Source of the DNA: a virus
Taxonomy: Duplodnaviria; Caudoviricetes
IMG/VR virus record: IMGVR_UViG_3300040733_000021
Location: 1 to 41,648 of that record
Strand: one strand, 5' to 3'
Length of the DNA stretch: 41,648 nucleotides
Under the pieces are notes generated by a model. The model made no database searches. It saw nothing but the letters and a program-made list of their open reading frames with translations, and was not told where the DNA came from. The translations under genes were made by a program, and so were the position numbers. Of the stretch, positions 33,295 through 40,123 are shown one piece after another; within the stretch, counting starts at the first letter, position 1, and every line of letters begins with the position of its first letter.

Positions 33295-34134
33295 TCAGGG
33301 CAGACGGTCGTTGGTAAGAATTGATATCATGTCGTCGGCAGTCTCGCCGCTGGACTCCGCCAGATCGGTAACAGCCCTGCATACCGTCTGGAACAGAACG
33401 GAGGTGTCAGCCGCGAGCGCTTCCGGCTCCGGCGTGACTTCGGCCACCTCTTCGGCGGTCATGGGGATTTCTGCCTCTTCCGTAAACCTGGAAACAATGT
33501 CTGTGGCTTTCGCGTTGATCTTTGAGTTGGGCGACAGTGTTGCGTCCTCTATGTCCTCCAACTCCTCAGCGGATCTCATGCCCATCAGAATTTCAGGGGC
33601 GTAGAGCCTCCCAAACAGGGTGGCGGCACGGTAGCGCAACATCAGTTCCGGCATGGTCTGCCATTTGCTGCCGCTCTTGGAAAACCAGCCTTCTTTTTTG
33701 GCGATGGCGACTGACACCGGGGGGGAATCCAGTTTTTCCCCGGTCGCTTTCTCCGTTGCCACGGCTACACACGTCCGGTTATCGCCTTCTCCGCTCATTT
33801 CGAACTTCATGGCGCTGAATCTGCCGCAGCCGTTAATGGCGGCAATGATAAAGGTGGATGACCATGACGGCTTGCCGTGGACGATATAAAGGTTTTGCAT
33901 TACGGCAAGAGGGCTTGCCCCCATGCGGGTAGCCATCTCCAGGGCAATCACCACGTTGGCAATCTTGGTTGCCTTCTCCTGCGGGGGGACGCCCACAATG
34001 GAAAATTCCTTGGGAACCAGGGCAGACGAGGCCAGCATGGTTGCCTGACGCTGCATGAACTCGAAGGCCAGGGAAGAACCGAAACCGGCTATGATCTCTT
34101 TTGTCTCTGTTGCTGCGGGTAAATTGTTACTCAT
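33295..34134 (-). CDS. RecT-like single-strand annealing protein (C-terminus possibly frameshifted)
   Basis: 'ANVVIALEMA.RMG.SPL.VMQNLYIVHGKPSWS', 'SKWQTMPE.ML.YRAA' motifs; adjacent to the exonuclease. Confidence 0.8.
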   Translation of the reverse strand: MSNNLPAATETKEIIAGFGSSLAFEFMQRQATMLASSALVPKEFSIVGVPPQEKATKIANVVIALEMATRMGASPLAVMQNLYIVHGKPSWSSTFIIAAINGCGRFSAMKFEMSGEGDNRTCVAVATEKATGEKLDSPPVSVAIAKKEGWFSKSGSKWQTMPELMLRYRAATLFGRLYAPEILMGMRSAEELEDIEDATLSPNSKINAKATDIVSRFTEEAEIPMTAEEVAEVTPEPEALAADTSVLFQTVCRAVTDLAESSGETADDMISILTNDRLP

Positions 34135-34136
34135 GA

Positions 34137-35024
34137 TTATCTCCATTTCGGCATGTCCCACTCTTCAAGTAGGGCAGCGGGTGTGATTTCGTCCAGGCTG
34201 GTGACGTGCGCCGGGATTGTGTAATTTGGAAACTCGTCTCGCTCGTAACACTCCTTGACCAATCCCATGAGCCGGGAGCACTCCCCCTTGGCCCACTCCA
34301 TCCATTCGTAGGACAGGTAGCCGCAACGCACCGGATATGGGGCTGAAGTTTCGGCGGCTACAAAAACAAACGTGTCAGCCGGGATATAGCACGATTCAGC
34401 GGCTATCGTGTAGTGTGACGCCTGAATATCGTAATTGAGGTTGACGGCTTGGTTTGAGAACTTGCCTACGCTGGCGCACGTCTTGTAGTCCACCAACACC
34501 TGCTTTCCGGGGTTGTGGTCGATCCGCGCCTTGCAGCGCAGCCCGGTAGCGGAGTCGTCCCAGATCAATGTCAATTCCTGGCTGCCGGATCTCAGGAGAG
34601 TGGATGCCAGGGGATGAGACTGGAGCGAACGGTGAAGGCCCAACACAACGTCAAACTGTTCCCGCGTAAGCATGGTTTTCCCGGCGTTTGCAAGCTGGAG
34701 TGCTAGCACTTCCGCCTTGTACTCTTTGGTTGACGTCCAGCGCTGTCCCTTGAAATCAGGAGGAGGCAATATCTTTGGCATCACCGCGAACTCCGCCAGA
34801 AACGCCGCCTCACCCTCCAGGGAATACGCATGGCTGGCGCTCCCCAGGATCATCGACGGGGTCTGCTCCACCGTCAGGAGCGCGGAAGCCGGGTTGTTCC
34901 TGAACTTCTTGAGGAACGAGCTGCTGATGTACGGCAGGGCGTGATACTCTGCCGCCAGGATGTTTTCGTGGATTCCGGGTGGCAATCCCGGCGGTGCTTT
35001 TATTTTTGTTGCCGAGGTCTTCAT
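34137..35024 (-). CDS. RecE/exonuclease VIII-like PD-(D/E)XK nuclease (DUF3799-like)
   Basis: 'YHA...ISSS.LK', 'GSASH', 'CKARID', 'VDYKT', 'YDIQASHY' motifs. Confidence 0.88.
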   Translation of the reverse strand: MKTSATKIKAPPGLPPGIHENILAAEYHALPYISSSFLKKFRNNPASALLTVEQTPSMILGSASHAYSLEGEAAFLAEFAVMPKILPPPDFKGQRWTSTKEYKAEVLALQLANAGKTMLTREQFDVVLGLHRSLQSHPLASTLLRSGSQELTLIWDDSATGLRCKARIDHNPGKQVLVDYKTCASVGKFSNQAVNLNYDIQASHYTIAAESCYIPADTFVFVAAETSAPYPVRCGYLSYEWMEWAKGECSRLMGLVKECYERDEFPNYTIPAHVTSLDEITPAALLEEWDMPKWR

Positions 35025-35069
35025 TTCTGCTATCCTTTCCTGTGTGTAGTAGTTGATTCGCCCCGCTCG

Positions 35070-35249
35070 CTACGGGGCGTTTCTCATCAGCTCAACCATC
35101 ACCTTTTTGTGGGGTCCGCTGAACCCCTGATTGTTCGCCTGCTGCATGATGATGCGCCCCGCCTCTTCGGGGGTGTCGGCCTCTGTGTATCCCGTGTACC
35201 AACCGCAAACGCAGCGGGTGAAGGGAATAGTTACCTCATACCGTTTCAT
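35070..35249 (-). CDS. Hypothetical protein (59 aa, below the ORF-track cutoff)
   Basis: MKRYEVTIPFTRCVCGW...; RBS AAGGAGG; ATGA coupling. Confidence 0.6.
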   Translation of the reverse strand: MKRYEVTIPFTRCVCGWYTGYTEADTPEEAGRIIMQQANNQGFSGPHKKVMVELMRNAP

Positions 35250-35473
35250 TGCTCATCCTCCTTCAACAACGCCTCAATCTCTTCGATACCTCGCTCTCCC
35301 AGCAGATTAGTAACGTCAATCCCGTTGTACTCCACCCGCTCAATCTCTATTGCCCCCGGTTCGTCCGGTTCCATCGGAACCCCCAGGGAATCCCTTGCTC
35401 CCCGATAAGGTGGAATGTAGCAGTAGGTAACCTCCACCACCTCATCGTTGAAAATTATCTGTCTGGCTGCCAT
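35246..35473 (-). CDS. Hypothetical phage protein (75 aa)
   Basis: 'P..RGARD..G.P.EPDEP..IEI' pattern; RBS GGAGGGG. Confidence 0.7.
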   Translation of the reverse strand: MAARQIIFNDEVVEVTYCYIPPYRGARDSLGVPMEPDEPGAIEIERVEYNGIDVTNLLGERGIEEIEALLKEDEQ

Positions 35474-35670
35474 TCCGTTACCCCTCCGTCCATCGTCTCT
35501 TTACGCCGCCAGATGACCGGCCCCGGCGGGGCGGTGATCCTCATTATCTTCGGTGCGAATCGCGGAGTTACCATGAAAGAAAAGCACTCCGGGCAATAGG
35601 TTTTATTGGTGGTGTTGCGGGAGCACATCAGGCAGCGGTGCTCCGGGTAGCTTTTGGAGCGGCGTTTCAT
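35455..35670 (-). CDS. Small zinc-finger protein
   Basis: CxxC...CxxC (CLMC, CPEC). Confidence 0.55.
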   Translation of the reverse strand: MKRRSKSYPEHRCLMCSRNTTNKTYCPECFSFMVTPRFAPKIMRITAPPGPVIWRRKETMDGGVTEWQPDR

Positions 35671-35840
35671 GCTTCCCCCAGATGCCGCATCAACTCCAGA
35701 TGCCTGCCTTCGCAGATTCCATCCGCCTCTTTCCTAAGTCCCCAGATCCTGACCAGTTCCGGCAGCTCTTCGGCAGGCGTATCTGCGGGCAAATCACAAA
35801 CGAGCCTGATACCCTTCACCAGCGCATCAACCCCGGACAT
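35667..35840 (-). CDS. Hypothetical protein (57 aa)
   Basis: Operon coupling. Confidence 0.5.
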   Translation of the reverse strand: MSGVDALVKGIRLVCDLPADTPAEELPELVRIWGLRKEADGICEGRHLELMRHLGEA

Positions 35841-36066
35841 GGCCGCGCCCCACGTTGTTGATGGTATCGGCCACAGGAGGACGGTCGATGGTCTCGGCGA
35901 TCTTGATAAGCCCGGCAATCATGATGGCAGTTGCACCGGAGAACATTAAAATCACGATGAGAGTAGCCAGCGGACGACCTCCGCGCTTAATCTCGTCATC
36001 CAGTTTGGCCATCTCCTCGTTGCGATCCGTCTGGCAGTCCCTCCAGCCTCTTGCATACTTGTCCAT
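35827..36066 (-). CDS. Small single-TM membrane protein
   Basis: RBS AAAGGAG; hydrophobic stretch LATLIVILMFSGATAIMIAGLI. Confidence 0.6.
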   Translation of the reverse strand: MDKYARGWRDCQTDRNEEMAKLDDEIKRGGRPLATLIVILMFSGATAIMIAGLIKIAETIDRPPVADTINNVGRGHVRG

Positions 36067-36067
36067 G

Positions 36068-36214
36068 TCAAACTCTCCTTTTGCCGCTCATTTTGAAGTT
36101 AAGCCACTCGCTTTCACCGCACACCGGACATACAAAGCGGTCAATATCCGCATAGTAATTTCTGTCGTGTATCATCCGGGCACCATGACAGCGGGGACAT
36201 TTTCGTTGTTTCAT
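36068..36214 (-). CDS. Zinc-ribbon protein (48 aa)
   Basis: CPRC...CPVC; ATGA coupling. Confidence 0.6.
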   Translation of the reverse strand: MKQRKCPRCHGARMIHDRNYYADIDRFVCPVCGESEWLNFKMSGKRRV

Positions 36215-36426
36215 CCTCGTTCCCCCATACGGGCGGAACACGTAAGCTCGGACTGCGCCGCAATCCAGGCCTGTATCGTTGACAGCTTGTAGCGGCAGCT
36301 TCTCCCCACCCTGACGAATGGAGGTGCAGCCGGGTTTCCCGTCATGCGCCATTTAGCCAGGGTCTGTCGCTGCATGCCGATCATGCCCGCCGCCTCCTTT
36401 TCATCGATAAGCCTGTCTGGTTCCAT
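36211..36426 (-). CDS. Excisionase/AlpA-like DNA-binding protein (likely recombination directionality factor)
   Basis: 'LIDEKEAA..IG....TL.KWR......PPFVRVGR..RY....I.AWI' pattern; RBS GAGGGAG. Confidence 0.85.
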   Translation of the reverse strand: MEPDRLIDEKEAAGMIGMQRQTLAKWRMTGNPAAPPFVRVGRSCRYKLSTIQAWIAAQSELTCSARMGERG

Positions 36427-36436
36427 TGACTCCCTC

Positions 36437-36994
36437 CTATTGCCGGGTGTTGTGCTTTGTGATACGGATGTGATCTACGGTTATTGTCAGGACGACACCG
36501 GCAGACAGCCCCAGCAAAAAATAGAGGATCAGCTCATGGATACGCTTAACGCCATCATCAATCAGCCGCTTTTCGGGCTGCTGACGTTTCTGGTCGGTCT
36601 TCTGCTTGGCCATCTCCTGACCAAAAGCCGGTTCTACGAAGAGCACCGATTCACCCAGACTGACCGCGCCGTTGAAACGTTCAGAAACACGATCCTCAAA
36701 ACCCTGCATGGCCTGTATCCCCAGGTCGCTGTCTGGAACCCTCAGCAGTGCGACCGCTTCAGGGACACCCTGCCTGACATCGAATGTGCTGTCGCCATGC
36801 TGCGCCCTTACGTCTCCCAGAAAGACAGACTGGATCAGGCAGCCCGCGAGTACCGTGACTGCTGCGCCTCGCTTACCTTTGACAGTCAAGGCGCGTGGGC
36901 CATGTATCCCAGCATGCGGGAATCCGAAGAATCCCCGCTCGACCGCTTTACCCGCGCCGTCAACGCTCTGCTGTCCATCTCTCGCTGATTCCAT
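36437..36994 (-). CDS. Putative antisense-overlapping ORF A (185 aa, C-terminal TM)
   Basis: RBS GGGGGCGAGG; starts 11 nt after the upstream stop and ends 10 nt before the downstream ATG; codon-aligned antisense to 36536..36988. Confidence 0.4.
   Translation of the reverse strand: MESARDGQQSVDGAGKAVERGFFGFPHAGIHGPRALTVKGKRGAAVTVLAGCLIQSVFLGDVRAQHGDSTFDVRQGVPEAVALLRVPDSDLGIQAMQGFEDRVSERFNGAVSLGESVLFVEPAFGQEMAKQKTDQKRQQPEKRLIDDGVKRIHELILYFLLGLSAGVVLTITVDHIRITKHNTRQ
36536..36988 (+). CDS. Inverted moron-like membrane protein (150 aa, N-terminal TM)
   Basis: RBS AGAGG; TM PLFGLLTFLVGLLLGHLL followed by a helical domain; opposite to the lytic operon. Confidence 0.7.
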   Translation: MDTLNAIINQPLFGLLTFLVGLLLGHLLTKSRFYEEHRFTQTDRAVETFRNTILKTLHGLYPQVAVWNPQQCDRFRDTLPDIECAVAMLRPYVSQKDRLDQAAREYRDCCASLTFDSQGAWAMYPSMRESEESPLDRFTRAVNALLSISR

Positions 36995-37005
36995 CCTCGC
37001 CCCCG

Positions 37006-37236
37006 TTAATTCGTCGTCTCTTCTGGCTTCTTTTCCTCTTCCACCCACACCAACACCCCGATTTCTTCCAGGGCCGCGATAATGCTTCTCGATGTGGGAC
37101 TGTCGCACGGGTACGCCCCCCGCAGCACCTGGCGGAACGTGGTGCTGTTGAAACCCCTGGCCGTGGAGAACAGCCCCGGCGCGCGGCCCGACTCCCGAAA
37201 ACGTCTCCGGGTCTCCTCAAAATTGATTCGTTGCAT
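37006..37236 (-). CDS. Cro/Ner-like HTH regulator
   Basis: 'FSTARGFNSTTFRQVLRG' HTH-like segment; RBS AAGGAG. Confidence 0.6.
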   Translation of the reverse strand: MQRINFEETRRRFRESGRAPGLFSTARGFNSTTFRQVLRGAYPCDSPTSRSIIAALEEIGVLVWVEEEKKPEETTN

Positions 37237-37273
37237 CTCTGGTGCTCCTTGATGTTGAAACTGAAACTATGAT

Positions 37274-37333
37274 TCACTCATTGACCGAATTGTTGTCACA
37301 GCTAAAAATCTGTGGCATATTCTGAACGTTCAT
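37274..37333 (-). CDS. 19-aa micro-ORF (MNVQNMPQIFSCDNNSVNE)
   Basis: Strong RBS AAAGGAG 8 nt before the ATG, directly after a GC hairpin. Confidence 0.35.
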   Translation of the reverse strand: MNVQNMPQIFSCDNNSVNE

Positions 37334-37347
37334 CGTTTTTCTCCTTT

Positions 37348-37378
37348 GCCCCGCGTCCTGTCTCCCAGGCGCGGGGCG
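37348..37378 (-). other. GC-rich hairpin
   Basis: GCCCCGCG/CCTG stem paired with CAGG/CGCGGGGC; no U-tract on the minus strand. Confidence 0.5.
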
Positions 37379-37397
37379 TTGTCATTTCATCCTGAAA

Positions 37398-37559
37398 CTA
37401 GCCGTCGCCGGAGCCGTAGCCGTCGCCGTAGCCGTCGCCGTAGCCGTCGCCGGAGCCGTAGCCGGAGCCGTAGCCGGAGCCGTAGCCGTCGCCGTCGCCG
37501 GAGCCGTCGCCGGAGCCGTAGCCGTAGCCGGAGCCGGAGCCGTAGCCTATTCCTGCCAT
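37398..37559 (-). CDS. Gly-X repeat micro-protein MAGI-(GY/GS/GD)24-G (53 aa)
   Basis: GGAGG RBS 8 nt before ATG 37559; overlaps the end of the upstream gene. Confidence 0.6.
   Translation of the reverse strand: MAGIGYGSGSGYGYGSGDGSGDGDGYGSGYGSGYGSGDGYGDGYGDGYGSGDG
37401..37547. repeat. Hexanucleotide tandem array GGC-(TAC/TCC/GAC) on the minus strand
   Basis: About 24 units built from only three unit types. Confidence 0.9.
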
Positions 37560-37834
37560 ACAGGGACCTCCGCAATGGATTTTGCTGCGACATCTGTGAT
37601 AGGGATGATCTCGATCACCTCGGTCAGCAGCACCTCGGGGACGGCGCAGGGGAACTTGCACTCGCTGGGATTGCTCGTTCCGGTGGTTGCCAGCTGGCTC
37701 AAGGACGCCGCGCCCCTCCAAAACCAGATCCTGCGGGCATCGGTCAGCACAGCTTCCTTGCAGTTCCTCTCCTTGATGGTCCCCGCGAACACACCCGCCG
37801 AATACGTCCTCACCATGCAGTACTTTCCAATCAT
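37547..37834 (-). CDS. Conserved phage protein (DUF6948-like)
   Basis: 'VRTYSAGVFAG', 'ARRIW.W.GAASLSQLA..G', 'LTEVIEIIP' motifs; RBS AAGGAG. Confidence 0.8.
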   Translation of the reverse strand: MIGKYCMVRTYSAGVFAGTIKERNCKEAVLTDARRIWFWRGAASLSQLATTGTSNPSECKFPCAVPEVLLTEVIEIIPITDVAAKSIAEVPVWQE

Positions 37835-37937
37835 GTTGTTCTCTCCTTGTGGTTGATAGGGGTCGTGCCCCGTGCTATTACTACCCTTCACCGCTTTGCG
37901 GTGGCAGGACTGTCTTTACGGTAAAGGAATGCGATAT

Positions 37938-38333
37938 ATGCCAAGCGAACCACTAAGCCCCACTGTCATTGCCGCCATTGCTGCTACGGTAGGTGCTGGT
38001 GTGGCTGGAATCTTTGGAATCGTTGCCCAGCTGATTGTTCAACGTGGAGAAATCAAGAGGCACAAACGGAAAACGACTATTGATACGGCGCTTGCGTATT
38101 GGCAAAGCGAACTGGAGCTTGCGAAGTATCTGGGCGAAAAGACGGGCCATGAAGTCGAGTTTGCCTCTTTGGACGTTTTTATTATTCAAATGACGATGAT
38201 CAATGACGTGCTGGATAGCAGACCTTCCACTGCAAATCTGATACTTGAACTTGAGAACATCGACATTGCTATTGAGGACATACTTCGTGCCAAAAAACGT
38301 CGTCACGAGAGGGAAACGCAAGGTCTCGGCTGA
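37938..38333 (+). CDS. Inverted moron-like membrane protein (131 aa, N-terminal TM)
   Basis: RBS AAAGGA; TM VIAAIAATVGAGVAGIFGIVAQLIV then a basic/helical domain; AT-richer than the phage core. Confidence 0.7.
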   Translation: MPSEPLSPTVIAAIAATVGAGVAGIFGIVAQLIVQRGEIKRHKRKTTIDTALAYWQSELELAKYLGEKTGHEVEFASLDVFIIQMTMINDVLDSRPSTANLILELENIDIAIEDILRAKKRRHERETQGLG

Positions 38334-38429
38334 ACCGAAGTGAAGCCAGCATCCGGGATGCATTGGGCTACTGAGGATTTCGATGTCTCCGTCTGAGTTG
38401 AACTTGTAAGGTATGATTGTTTTTTTCAT
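37953..38429 (-). CDS. Putative antisense-overlapping ORF B (158 aa)
   Basis: RBS AGGGGG 7 nt before ATG AAA AAA; codon-aligned antisense to 37938..38333. Confidence 0.45.
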   Translation of the reverse strand: MKKTIIPYKFNSDGDIEILSSPMHPGCWLHFGSAETLRFPLVTTFFGTKYVLNSNVDVLKFKYQICSGRSAIQHVIDHRHLNNKNVQRGKLDFMARLFAQILRKLQFALPIRKRRINSRFPFVPLDFSTLNNQLGNDSKDSSHTSTYRSSNGGNDSGA

Positions 38430-38471
38430 TGTTATGCCCCCTGAATGTAACGTTGCGCCCTTGTTGTCCGA

Positions 38472-38705
38472 CTACAATAAATCCCTAATTCGAAAGGCCA
38501 ACTCATGTCGCCAACGCCTGAACTTAAGAAGAAGCTCAAGCTGTGTGATCTGGAGATTCAGAATTTTGTAGCCAATCTCCAGCTTGAGAACGCGAAACTT
38601 CAAAGACGAATTGCGAAGCTTGAGGCGGAAAAGATAACGTCTCACAACAGGATCCTTGCACTTCAAAAAGAGCTTAAAAAAGGAAAGCCACAGGGCGTGT
38701 TTCAT
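38472..38705 (-). CDS. Putative antisense-overlapping ORF C (77 aa, basic/Leu-rich); first ORF after the lytic promoter
   Basis: RBS AAAGGGGG 6 nt before ATG 38705; about 60 nt downstream of the predicted transcription start. Confidence 0.45.
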   Translation of the reverse strand: MKHALWLSFFKLFLKCKDPVVRRYLFRLKLRNSSLKFRVLKLEIGYKILNLQITQLELLLKFRRWRHELAFRIRDLL

Positions 38706-38762
38706 TTCCAACCCCCTTTTTTTGCCCGCCTTCGCCGCCTCCCGCTTAGCGGCGATAGGTGA
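38505..38762 (+). CDS. Coiled-coil protein (85 aa) on the lysogenic strand
   Basis: RBS GAAAGG; heptad pattern LQLENAKLQRRIAKLEAE. Confidence 0.55.
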   Translation: MSPTPELKKKLKLCDLEIQNFVANLQLENAKLQRRIAKLEAEKITSHNRILALQKELKKGKPQGVFHFQPPFFARLRRLPLSGDR

Positions 38763-38772
38763 AGGTGATGTA

Positions 38773-38815
38773 GGTATAGTTGATATAATTTCAACCGTCA
38801 AGAAAAAAATTCAAC
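38773..38815 (-). promoter_or_regulatory. Lytic promoter TTGACG-N17-TATACC with palindromic operator GTTGA-N7-TCAAC filling the spacer, plus a second half-site
   Basis: -35 at 38796-38801, -10 at 38773-38778, operator at 38779-38795, AATTCAAC repeated at 38808-38815; divergent from the repressor. Confidence 0.75.
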
Positions 38816-38830
38816 TACGAGGTGAGAAAA

Positions 38831-39454
38831 ATGCAACTGCTCGACGAGGTAAAGAAACTATTCAATTTCACTGATGATGTTGAACTTGCTCGGTATCTAA
38901 AGAAGGACAAAAGCACAATCAGCAAATGGAGGACATCGGGAGAGATCCCCGCCAAGGCGGAACGAGAGTTGGAAAAAATTCTACGGGAATCATTCCCCTC
39001 TCCACCCCCTGAAGAAGTCCCGCCAGATGCCTCCATAAAGATCCCCCTGTACAACGCCTTGGGTGATTGCGGCCCTGGCGCACTCAATCATCACGACCAG
39101 GTTGAAAACTGGCTTTCCTTTACCGCCGAATATGCTCGGGCCACCTTTGGCACCTCCGGCGCAGGGTTACGCTGCCTGCGCGCCAGTGGCGACAGCATGA
39201 GCCCGACGATCTCACCCGGCGACCTGATCATCATCGACAGCAGCGAGTCCACGCTTACCCGCGACGGGGCCGTCTACGTTCTGCGGATGGGTGACACCAT
39301 CAGCATCAAACGGCTGCACCGTCTGCCGGGCAATATCATTCGGATATCTTCAGACAATGAAATGGGGTGGAACAGGGAGATGACGTTTGACGAGGCCGAA
39401 GCGGACGGGGTAACGATAGTGGGAAGAGTGGTTTTCGTGGGAAGGCTGACGTAG
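38831..39454 (+). CDS. cI: CI-like repressor (HTH + S24 peptidase)
   Basis: HTH 'DVELARYLKKDKSTISKWR', 'CG' cleavage-site region, 'GDSMSP' Ser and 'IKRL' Lys, 'SDN'. Confidence 0.92.
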   Translation: MQLLDEVKKLFNFTDDVELARYLKKDKSTISKWRTSGEIPAKAERELEKILRESFPSPPPEEVPPDASIKIPLYNALGDCGPGALNHHDQVENWLSFTAEYARATFGTSGAGLRCLRASGDSMSPTISPGDLIIIDSSESTLTRDGAVYVLRMGDTISIKRLHRLPGNIIRISSDNEMGWNREMTFDEAEADGVTIVGRVVFVGRLT

Positions 39455-39512
39455 TGCAAGATGCGCGACAATCCTCTTGACGTATAGCACCAAATAATGA
39501 CACCATACAGAC

Positions 39513-39767
39513 ATGAACAGCAAGCACCGCAAAACCCTTCAGGCAATCTTTGCCACCCCGGTGCAGCCCGGAATCAACTGGAACGACATCGAGGCGCTAC
39601 TGATTGCCTTGGGGGCGCAGAGGTACGAGGGGAACGGCTCGCGGGTCCGCTTTCTGCTGAACGACGTTCGCGCCACCTTTCACCGGCCACATCCACACAA
39701 GGAGACCGACAAAGGCGCGGTGGTATCGGTCAGGAGATTTCTTGAGGCAGGAGGAATACAGCCATGA
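39513..39767 (+). CDS. hicA: HicA family toxin (mRNA interferase)
   Basis: 'I.WNDIE.LL.ALGA...EG.GSRV.F......FHRPHP' signature. Confidence 0.92.
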   Translation: MNSKHRKTLQAIFATPVQPGINWNDIEALLIALGAQRYEGNGSRVRFLLNDVRATFHRPHPHKETDKGAVVSVRRFLEAGGIQP

Positions 39768-40093
39768 TGGAATACAAAGGATATGCGGGGCGGGTGGAGT
39801 TTGACGACGAAGCCGGTATTTTTCACGGCGAAGTCATCAACACCCGCGACGTGATAACCTTCCAGGGCACCACGGTTGAGGAAATCCGCCAGGCGTTCAT
39901 AGACTCGGTGGATGACTATCTTGATTTTTGCGCGCAGCTGGGTCAAGCGCCGGACAAGCCTTTCACCGGAAGATTCATGCTTCGCCTCCCTCCCGATCTC
40001 CACCGTCAGGCATACATTGCCGCTCGCCAGGCGGGCAAAAGCCTTAACGCATGGATCGGAGAATGTATCGTCAAAATGGCGCATGTCGCATGA
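39764..40093 (+). CDS. hicB: HicB family antitoxin with RHH domain
   Basis: 'YKGY.G.VEFD.E..IFHGEV...DVITF.G....F..SVDDYL..PF.G.F.LR..P.LH...SLN.WI'; ATGA coupling to hicA. Confidence 0.93.
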   Translation: MMEYKGYAGRVEFDDEAGIFHGEVINTRDVITFQGTTVEEIRQAFIDSVDDYLDFCAQLGQAPDKPFTGRFMLRLPPDLHRQAYIAARQAGKSLNAWIGECIVKMAHVA

Positions 40094-40123
40094 TCCACCC
40101 GTGAAAGCCATTCGGCAGACGCG

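Noticed and set aside
36068-36214. CPRCH as a heme c motif
   Set aside because: It pairs with a downstream CPVC and has no signal peptide; a zinc ribbon explains it.
37346-37924. Arg-Ser and Arg-Leu repeat ORFs in other frames
   Set aside because: These are alternative readings of the hexamer array; only the Gly-X frame has a well-placed GGAGG RBS and ATG.
37860-37930. c-di-GMP/cGAMP (GEMM) riboswitch suggested by GCAAAGC
   Set aside because: The flanking P1/P2 consensus elements are not recognisable.
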